DNA from: Thermodesulfovibrionales bacterium | Lineage (GTDB): Bacteria > Nitrospirota > Thermodesulfovibrionia > Thermodesulfovibrionales > SM23-35 | Direction of reading: 5' to 3' | NCBI GenBank assembly: GCA_963715195.1 | Contig: CAVQRT010000010.1 | Span: 1 to 26,652 of the forward strand | DNA length: 26,652 bases | Shown: positions 18,553-26,652 of the stretch, one piece after another | Position numbering within the stretch: position 1 is the stretch's first letter | Layout of the letters: each line of letters begins with the position of its first letter | Translations under genes and position numbers: made by a program | Notes under the pieces: generated by a model | Database searches by the model: none | Seen by the model: only the letters and a program-made list of their open reading frames with translations | What the model was told of the DNA's origin: nothing

Positions 18553-21500
18553 ATGAAAACGAGGCATATTTTGGTGACAGTTCTCTCAATTCTGCTCATT
18601 TTTTGTCAGACAGTATCCGGAGCTCGTCGAGTTCAGGCATTATCAGCACCCATAAATATTGATGCTATCGCCGTCTCAAGCAGCCAGATAAATCTCACCT
18701 GGGATGATGTCAATTCAGGCAAATCAAATGAGACCGGATATTCGATCGAGCGGAGTCTGAGTGAGGACAGGTGGCTTTGTAAAGATCGCCACTGTCGCGC
18801 GAAATGGGACATCATATAGTGATCTCGGGCTTGCGAGCGGCACAACCTATTATTATAGGGTTCAGGCAATCGGGAAAAAAGGGGTAGTATCACAATATTC
18901 AAACGTTACCAGCGCTACCACTTTCGCAGGGGATACAACACCTCCGTCGGTACCGACAGGACTAACAGCAACGGCGACGAGTTGCAGTGAGATTAGCCTT
19001 ACATGGGATGCCTCGACCGATGTGGGCGGATCAGGACTGAAGGGATACTATGTTTTCAGAAATGGCTCGTACATCAAGCAGGTTACTACAACATCGACAA
19101 CAGATACAGGGCTTGCCGAATTAACAGCTTATAGTTATACCGTATCAGCAGTAGATAATGCTGATAACCAGTCAGCGCAGAGTATCGTATCAAATGCAAG
19201 TACACCTTCATGCTCAATAACCACTCCACCGGCAGCGCCGACCGAATTAACAGCAACTGCAGTTTCCTCAAGCCAGATCAATTTAACCTGGACGGACAAT
19301 GCAGACAAATGAAGATGGATTTCACATCTGGCGGTATCATTCATCAGTAGGATGGGCACAGATTGCAGATTGTTGGTGCCAATACGACATTTTATTCAGA
19401 TACTGGTTTGAGCGCGTCTACAACATATATTATGCAGTTCGTGCATACAATTCAGCAGGTGTATCCAGTTGGTCAAATATCCCTTCTGCAACGACCTTGG
19501 GGCAGGAGACACGACCCCACCGTCGAGTGCCGACTGGATTAAATGCAACAGCGGCAAGCTGCAGCCAGGTGAACCTGAGCTGGAATGCATCGACGGATAC
19601 AGGTGGTTCGGGATTGAAAGGCTACAATGTCTATAAAAATGGTTCATACCTGAAGCAGGTGACGACGACCTCGACCTCAGATACGGGGTTGAATGCATCA
19701 ACGAGTTATTCGTACAGAGTGTCGGCAGTGGACAATGCAGGCGAACCAGAGCGCCCAGAGCAGCCCTGCAAGCGTAACGACACCGGCATGCCCTGATGAG
19801 ACCCCACCGACAGTCTCGATCACGAGCCCCTCATCTGGTACATCTTATACAAGTGCCCAGACGGTGACGATTTATGCATCGGCATCGGACAATGAAGGAG
19901 TGACAAGGGTGGAGTTTTATGATGCATCCACGTTAAAGGGGACGGATACGGCAGCCCCTTATAAGTATTCCTGGACAATCACGAATGCCGACAATGGGAC
20001 TCATAGTTGGATCGCAAGGGCATTCGATGCAGCAAATGAACAGCAATATTTCCGGTGCAGTGAGCCTGACGGTAGACGTTCCTTCTCCCGACACAACTCC
20101 CGACGGGTCGGAGAATCAACGGTGGGGCAACGTTTACCTATACAAAATCCGTAACCCCTTAACCTATCTGCAACCGACGATTCAAGCGGAGTCTCGCAGA
20201 TGTGTATCAGTAACACGAGTTCTTGTTCAGCATGGGAGAGCTATGCGACATTGAAGGCATGGACATTGACGACGGGAGACGGGACGAAGACGGTGTATGT
20301 GTGGTACAAGGATGGAGCAGGGAACACGTCAACTGCTTATAGCGATACGATTTTCCTCGATACCGTACCTCCTCAGTGTTCAATTATCATCAATAATGGC
20401 GCCACTTATACGACCTCCGCTGCAGTGACATTGACGTTATCGGCTGTAGATCCAAATCCGGGAAGCGGTCTTGCGCAGATGTGCGTGAGCAATGCAAGTA
20501 ATTCCTGTTCGTCGTGGGTAACTTATGGAACATCAATGAACTGGACGTTGCCTTCGGGAGACGGCACAAAGACAGTTTATGCGTGGTTTAGGGACAATGC
20601 CGGGAATCAAACTGCAACGCCATCAACAACTTCAGATACCATTGTTCTTGATACCGCAGCTCCTTCAGTACCATCAGGGTTAGCTGCTACAGCAGTTTCA
20701 TCCAGCCAGATCAACCTGAGCTGGAATCCGGCAACGATACAGGAGGCTCCGGACTTGCAGGGTACAAGGTATACCGTAGCGTCACGCAGATTGGGACAAC
20801 CACGGCAACGAACTATTCGGATTATGGACTTACCGCGAATACACAGTACTGTTATAGAGTAGCGTCATACGATAATGCTGGGAATATATCAGCCCAGTGC
20901 ACACAGGCATGTGCGACGACGCAGTCAGGCACCCAGCCTGGTTCGCATATATGGTCAGAACGGTTTGGTGGAACGAGTAGTGACTTTGGACGGGCAGTGA
21001 GAGCGGATAGTGTAGGCAATCTGATAGTAGCGGGACGTTTTATGGGGACGGTGAACTTTGGAGGCGGCCCGTTGACGAACATAGGGAGTTCAAGTCTGTT
21101 CGTGGCGAAATATACTGCTGAAGGAGCGTACCTATGGGCAAAGGCTTATGGTGGGACGAGCAGTGATATTATTGTTCAAGATATAGCGTTAGACAGCAGT
21201 GGCAATATTGTTGTGATCGGATATTTCACTGGTGCGGTGAATTTTGGTGGAGGCGTTCTGGGCAGTGCTGGGTTGAATGATATTTTCCTTGCGAAATATT
21301 CGGGAGTGAATGGAGCGCACATATGGTCGAAGAGATTTGGTAACACGCAGGACGATGTGGGGTATGGAGTAGCCGTGGATGAGTTTGGCAACGTTATTGT
21401 GACGGGCGGGTTTAGGGGATCGGTGGATTTTGGAGGAGGGGCCCTGGTCGCCTATGCTTCAAGCGCGGACTTCTTTGTGGCTAAGTATGCGGGAACAAAC

Positions 21501-22241
21501 GGTTCTCACCAGTGGTCGAAAAGAGTGGCGAACAATGGCGAGGATTACGGCTATGATATTGCAATAGACGGAAGTGGAGATATTCTGCTGACCGGGTACT
21601 TCTCGGGCCTAATTAACTTTGGAGGAGGGGTACTTACGAGTGCAGGCCTCTTTGACATATTTGTAGCGAAGTACTCAGGTGCAGGTACCCATATTTGGTC
21701 GAAGCGATTCGGCAGCGTGCTGGACGATTTCGGTTACGATATTGCTGTGGACAGCAGTGGTAACGCAGTGGTGACAGGGGTATTTAAGGGCTCGGTGAAT
21801 TTTGGTGGTGGGATTGACCAGCGCTGCGTTGAGGACATATTTGTGGCCAAGTATAGCGGGAACAAACGGCTCCCACCAATGGTCGAAGAGAGTGGGTGGG
21901 TCGAGCGATGATGTCGTTAACAAAATTGCGGTTGATGAAAATGGTGATGTGGTCATGACAGGGTATTTCCAGTATACCGGTGGATTTTGGAGGGGTCCTT
22001 TAAGAGCAGGGTCTCTTTGACGTATTTGTAGTCAAGTATGCTGGGACAAACGGAGCACACAAGTGGTCGAAGAGATTTGGAAGCACCAGGCAACGATGCA
22101 GGATATGGCGTTAGCGACGGATGTTCTGGGAATGTGATTGCGACAGGATACTTTATGGGGTCGGTAGATTTTGGCGGCGGAACATTGACCAGTGGTGGTA
22201 TCTCGATGTGTTCCTGTGTTATGCTTGTATCCATAAGATAA
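18553..22241 (+). CDS. Large secreted FN3/Ig-like/7-bladed beta-propeller protein, paralog 2 (multiple apparent indel errors)
   Basis: AAGGAGG RBS and signal peptide MKTRHILVTVLSILLIFCQTVSG. Four FN3, one Big_7-like, two Ig-like, one FN3, then a propeller homologous to paralog 1. End approximate. Confidence 0.85.
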
Positions 22242-22399
22242 ATTTTCGGTTCTAAGAAGTTATGCAAAGAAGGGGGGCTTGGGCGCACCCCACAGTGAAT
22301 GCACTAAGTTGGAGAGGCATTAGAATAAGCCTATTTAAGGTGGGAATTCTGATTAAGTCTCCTTTACATTTGAGCACCCGCAATTATGGCTAATTTAAT

Positions 22400-24755
22400 C
22401 TACACCGGACCACCGTCGGTTGATGTGCAATTTTCAGTAGTTGCATTATTAGCCATTCGCACTGTGACTCGGGCAGACCGGATTGGTGTTGAGTATCCGA
22501 CTTCGCAATTCATCGATTGCAGATGCCATTCGTGGCAATTATTCTCGAATGTTTCGCAGTTGCAAGCCTCCCGGTAGATTTGAATTGCCAAGGTATCTTG
22601 TCCGCACAAGTTGCATACCGGCAGTGCATCGTGAATATCTGTATCGCAGTTATTCCATCGAGTCGACCTCTGTTTTAGTCGACCGTTCACCACCCATTGC
22701 GCACGATCCATTGGCCTCAGCGAAGAGGGTACTTCAACACGTAGCAATCGCCTCGACTTGCACAATGCAGGCCACGAAACCGCTACTACCGCCGTTCAAT
22801 GCCATTGCGGTCAAATGAAGCTGCTGAGGCTGTCCAGGATTGCCTGCCAAAGCCTTCGCGGGCTAAAATTCAGATCCTCGACTGCCGAGCTCGTAGTCAC
22901 TTATATCGGTGCGGCATACCTCGAGCGCAACCACCGCATACTATTGATTACATCCAACGTGACGTTCATAGCGCCTCTTTCAGTTCCGGCATGTGTGCAC
23001 CAGTAGCCAGGTGTGCGGGTCAAACATCCTTGCTGCGGTGCGCAAGATAGGATCAAGTTCCGGGTCTCTTTGCATAAGCCATCAGCGGATCGCAGTATTC
23101 ACATACATCCGGCACATTTAGATCCTCTGAGCGACGAGACAGTATCGGTGTCACATTGATTAGTTTCTTCGTTACAGGTTATCGTGGTACAGGCATCTTG
23201 GATCGTCAGGACAGACGGCGTCCGAGATGTCGGTCTGTACACACTGGTCTGTGGCTTCGTCACATGCGTTGGTAGCGCAGAAGAAGTCATCAGGCGGACA
23301 GACGGCGTCCGAGATGTCGGTCTGTACACACTGGTCTGTGCCTTCGTCACATGCGTTGGTAGCGCAGAAGAAGTCGCCAGGCGGACAGACGGTGTCGGAG
23401 ATGTCGGTCTGTACGCACTGGTCTGTGGCTTCGTCACATGCGTTGGTAGCGCAGAAGAAGTCACCAGGCGGACAGACGGTATCCGAGATGTCGGTCTGTA
23501 CGCACTGGTCTGTGCCTTCGTCACATGCGTTGGTAGCGCAGAAGAAGTCGGCGGACAGACGGTGTCGGAGATGTCGGACTGTACACACTGGTCTGTGCCT
23601 TCGTCACATGCGTTGGTAGCGCAGAAGAAGTAGCCAGGCGGACAGACGGTGTCGGAGATGTCGGAGTTGGATGGGACACACTGATCCGCAGCTTCGTCAC
23701 ACGCGTTGGTAGCGCAGAAGAAGGCGTCAGGCGGACAGACGGTGTCGGAGATGTCGGACTGGACACACTGATCCGCGGCTTCGTCACACGCGTTGGTAGC
23801 GCAGAAGAAGGCGTCAGGCGGACAGACGGTGTCGGAGATGTCGGACGGGCACACACTGATCCGCGGCTTCGTCACACGCGTTGGTAGCGCAGAAGAAGGC
23901 ATCAGGCGGACAGACGGCGTCGGAGATGTCGGTCTGTACACACTGGTTCGCACCTTCGTCACAGGCGTTGGTAGCGCAGAAGAAGGCATCAGGCGGACAG
24001 ACGGTGTCGGACTCGTCGGTGTGATCGCACTGATCGGTTTCCTCGTTACAGGTTACATCAGTACAGAAGAGGTCATCCGGGCACGGGTTCGTCCCGGGAC
24101 ACAGCCTCCAAGCCGCTCTTCGAAGTCTCCATATCCGAGTTTCGGTCACACGCTTCCGATCCGGTGCAGAATTCTCCGTCGCAGCTTGCGGCTACATCGA
24201 GATGAATAGGGGTGCCACCATCAACCCCGAAAATATCCGTCGAACCAATGTGGGCATATGCATCTTGCAAGTGAGTCGAGAAGGTTTCGGTTCCACCAGA
24301 GATATCCGAGGGCTTTATTTTATACGGAACAAGCGCAATTTGACAGATCCCGGAGTGCTAGCACATAGTCCCCTTCCGTCATTGTAGCAGAGTTTGGATC
24401 GTTTGTACTGTTTACCACCTGTACAAGGGAGGTCCGCCAACCATGGGGGTTACGTCCACGGGTGTATCGTCCATCGTGGTTATTGTCCATGTGCCCCTTT
24501 CAAAGGAGGCATTCCACCGGACCCAACACTCAAGGTGGATTGCACGTATATTGTTTCGCACTCCGCCAATGGTTGAGCAGAAACCGCCGGACTCGTTCCG
24601 TCAGCTAAAAAGACGGTGAGGGAAATTGCAATGCCAGTCGCTGTAGAACCTGTTGGGGTAGTGTGGGCAAATACGTTTCCTGCTCCAAAAAGCCCTGCAG
24701 CCATCAGCAATGCCAGAAATACGGTAATACATCGCGTTACACTTCTACAATTCAT
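22400..24755 (-). CDS. Secreted Cys-rich protein with 29-aa CDE-type repeats (frameshifted)
   Basis: AGGAG RBS and signal peptide MNCRSVTRCITVFLALLMAAGLFGAGNVFA. Repeat TDISDTVCPPDAFFCATNACDEATDQCVQ, followed by a Cys-rich domain beginning GCLTRTPGYWCTH. 3' end approximate. Confidence 0.75.
23150..24085 (-). repeat. 87-bp coding tandem repeat: 9 near-identical plus 2 degenerate flanking units
   Basis: cgttggtagcgcagaagaag recurs at 23267, 23354, 23441, 23528, 23611, 23704, 23791, 23879 and 23966. Confidence 0.92.
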
Positions 24756-25286
24756 TTTTCACTCCTTTCTCTTTTTGTTTTTTTTACTCACAACTCCCCT
24801 TGGTACTCAAAAAGATATCTTTATGACATCACCTCCTTCGCTTTTGAATATAAGAGAGCACAATTCAAGACAATCCCCATGGCGAAGCCATAGGGTGAAA
24901 TCTACCACTTGTCAAAAACTTTTTTCCCCGGAGAAGATATCCCCGGTCTTACTCTCCCTCCCTGGGATCCGAAAGATTTTTTGAATCTTTTACTATTAAA
25001 ATTAGTCTAACAGAAAAAAATTTTTTGTCTATAAGATTCTTGCTTTTTTTCATGGTAATCTTGCTCTTTTAAAAATAAATATTATGATTTTTGGGATTTT
25101 CGATCTGAATTCACACTCAATCTAAATGTAAAGAAATTGTCTGAAGAATACTATCGGAAATCTTCCCATATTTATGTAAGAATTTGTCGCGTATTCTGTA
25201 GGAAAAAAGTTGACAAAACAGAAATCGACAATGAATATGCAACAACGAGACCCTTCGACTGTTCAGTAGGCTCATAAATGTCTATT

Positions 25287-25700
25287 TTATGGATCAGTAT
25301 GCTTGCATTGCAGTTTTCTGAAGTCACTTTGGTCAAACGTTACGACCGTGCAACCATTGTCTCGAGCGAGAACAGCGAGGAGGATGTCTTGTATGTCCAT
25401 GGAATGCTTTGCGTACAATCTCAGGCTCTCCGTATAGAGCTCTTTTCTGAAAATCGTTTTTATCCCCTTGTAATTGATCAGCTTAGAAAATTTTTCTGCA
25501 ATCTCAGAGCGGGGCACATCATAAACCTTGTTTAACACCCAGACAACCTCTGCGAAGACGATGTCTGTTATCAATGCCTCATCTTTCGCAAGCTCCAATC
25601 TTTGAATAAAAGGCTTTGTTTTTCTGAACTGATCCTCATCATCCTGAAGGAAGAATCTCAGGATGACATTTGCGTCAATGACCTTTTCTGGCAGTTTCAT
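25287..25700 (-). CDS. PIN-domain (VapC-like) toxin
   Basis: VIDANVILRF, ITDIVFAEVVWVL, DIQDILL...VVTFD. Confidence 0.88.
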   Translation of the reverse strand: MKLPEKVIDANVILRFFLQDDEDQFRKTKPFIQRLELAKDEALITDIVFAEVVWVLNKVYDVPRSEIAEKFSKLINYKGIKTIFRKELYTESLRLYAKHSMDIQDILLAVLARDNGCTVVTFDQSDFRKLQCKHTDP

Positions 25701-25932
25701 GGGCAACAATCTCCGTAGTTTTTTCTATTGCTTTCTTTGTTGGCACTTTTTTCTTTGCTGCATATCCCTTCATGCAACCGGCAAGCCGTTCGGAAGATAG
25801 ATCGGCTTTTCTGACGATACCGGTATCATCCTTTATCTCGATCGACACCAGCTCCTTGACTTTAAGGGAGTCTCTTAATTTTTTTGGCAATACTACCTGG
25901 CCCTTCGGTGATACTCTGAGAACAAATTCCAT
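25675..25932 (-). CDS. AbrB/MazE/SpoVT-family antitoxin
   Basis: RVSPKGQVVLPKKLRDSL. Overlaps the PIN gene. Confidence 0.88.
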   Translation of the reverse strand: MEFVLRVSPKGQVVLPKKLRDSLKVKELVSIEIKDDTGIVRKADLSSERLAGCMKGYAAKKKVPTKKAIEKTTEIVAHETARKGH

Positions 25933-25950
25933 AAGTTGTACCTCTCTTAA

Positions 25951-25993
25951 TAGTATTACTTAATATAATAGTTATACTACTGCAAAAAGTCAA
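25951..25993 (-). promoter_or_regulatory. Promoter/operator of the AbrB-PIN pair
   Basis: TTGACT on the minus strand at 25993-25988. Inverted repeat TAGTATTACT-9 nt-AGTTATACTA (one mismatch). Confidence 0.55.
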
Positions 25994-26061
25994 TACTGTC
26001 CACGTTGAGATCGTAAAGATTATCTCCATTTGTATATATAAAATTCTTCCGGGAATCCTTT

Positions 26062-26148
26062 CGGAAAGATTCCGGACAAGCCGGAATGACAAAAAGGGAA
26101 GGAGTTTACCCACAAGATTCCCGACGCGCTTTGCTTATGGGAATGACA
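26062..26148 (-). repeat. Two GTCAT-tagged palindromes (element B' and a neighbour)
   Basis: cggaaagattccggacaagccggaatgaca and gattcccgacgcgctttgcttatgggaatgaca. Confidence 0.8.
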
Positions 26149-26248
26149 CCGAGAAATGGACATTCAAAGAATAGACGCCCTTCGGTTTCTGCCGCATAGA
26201 TTTTGATGCAGAGCCTCTATCTGAAAGCAGCATATTCAGGAACACGCT

Positions 26249-26357
26249 GAATCCTTCTGACAATTTCTCTTTATGCTCCCACATACGCTTGATCAAATCA
26301 GAAGTCATTCCAACATACAAAGCACCATTTCGCCCACTTGCCAATATGTAGACATAG
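26249..26357 (-). pseudogene. Truncated small GIY-YIG nuclease (YhbQ/UPF0213-like) remnant
   Basis: YVYILASGRNGALYVGMTSDLIKRMWEHKEKLSEGF. No clear start and the C-terminal half is missing. Confidence 0.8.
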
Positions 26358-26379
26358 TTGACATCAAGATCAGGATTCC

Positions 26380-26521
26380 CCGGTTAAGAGGCTGTGTCGC
26401 AATGTCATTCCGAGGCACAAGCCGAAGGATCTCGCTTTTATAACACACTGATCTTGTGAGATTCTCCGCGGAGCCTGCCCGAGCTGAACAGCAGGACCCT
26501 TCGACCGTGCTCAGGGTGACA
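26380..26521 (-). repeat. GTCAT-tagged composite repeat (element A')
   Basis: Terminal 31 nt are 30/31 identical to the reverse complement of 14236-14266. Spurious translations share YK.EILRL.P.NDIA.QPLNR. Confidence 0.8.
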
Positions 26522-26548
26522 AGACAGAGAAAACATAAATAAACCATA

Positions 26549-26586
26549 CCCCCTCACCCTTGCCCTCTCCCGCGAGGGGAGAGGGG
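26549..26586. repeat. CCCCTCACCC..CCCTCTCCC..GGGAGAGGG palindromic repeat
   Basis: ccccctcacccttgccctctcccgcgaggggagagggg. A degenerate relative lies at ~12667-12692. Confidence 0.7.
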
Positions 26587-26652
26587 TTATAAGAGGACCC
26601 TTCGACTGTACTCAGCGTGTCAGGAATAAGAATGAGTCACGCGCTCTCTCTG

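Noticed and set aside
19309..19312. TGA ending ORF 18761-19312 as a second Sec codon
   Set aside because: It arises from an indel in DN(S/A)TNEDGF, is not at a Cys position, and the protein continues in another frame.
14554..22241. Programmed frameshifting or a DGR target in the large genes
   Set aside because: Indels are scattered without slippery-site consistency, there is no reverse transcriptase, and paralog differences are not obviously adenine-specific.
23150..24085. CRISPR-like regular repeats
   Set aside because: Whole 87-bp units are conserved with no unique spacers, the period is a multiple of 3 and coding, and no cas genes are present.
24828..24838. ATCACCTCCTT resembling the 16S rRNA 3' end
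   Set aside because: No rRNA sequence around it. It is a minus-strand SD-like motif.

Overview
Bacterial window whose gene content suggests an anaerobic Nitrospirota/Desulfobacterota-like organism (inference). It has many small indels, very dense at 1-2730 and frequent at 14.5-24.7 kb, that look like long-read errors and fragment real genes. From left to right it holds: a 5'-truncated group 3c-like [NiFe]-hydrogenase large subunit (MvhA-like), TusA, ApgM-type phosphoglycerate mutase, a TatD-radical SAM fusion, DUF192, a DsbA-family protein whose active site reads UPFC (in-frame TGA plus a SECIS-like hairpin, so a likely selenoprotein), a Crp-family regulator, a Zn-ribbon membrane protein and an OmpR-type two-component pair. 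Next is a toxin-antitoxin (TA)-rich block (DUF433/DUF5615, Phd/VapC, AAA_14-DUF4143 ATPase, orphan DUF2283, AbrB/PIN) whose modules are separated by GTCAT-tagged palindromic repeats. Then come two tandem paralogous ~3.7 kb secreted FN3/Ig/7-blade beta-propeller genes, a convergent secreted Cys-rich protein with 87-bp tandem repeats, another AbrB/PIN pair and a GIY-YIG nuclease remnant. The 14.1-26.5 kb secreted-protein block is bracketed by two nested pairs of near-identical inverted repeats. No rRNA, tRNA or CRISPR array was found.
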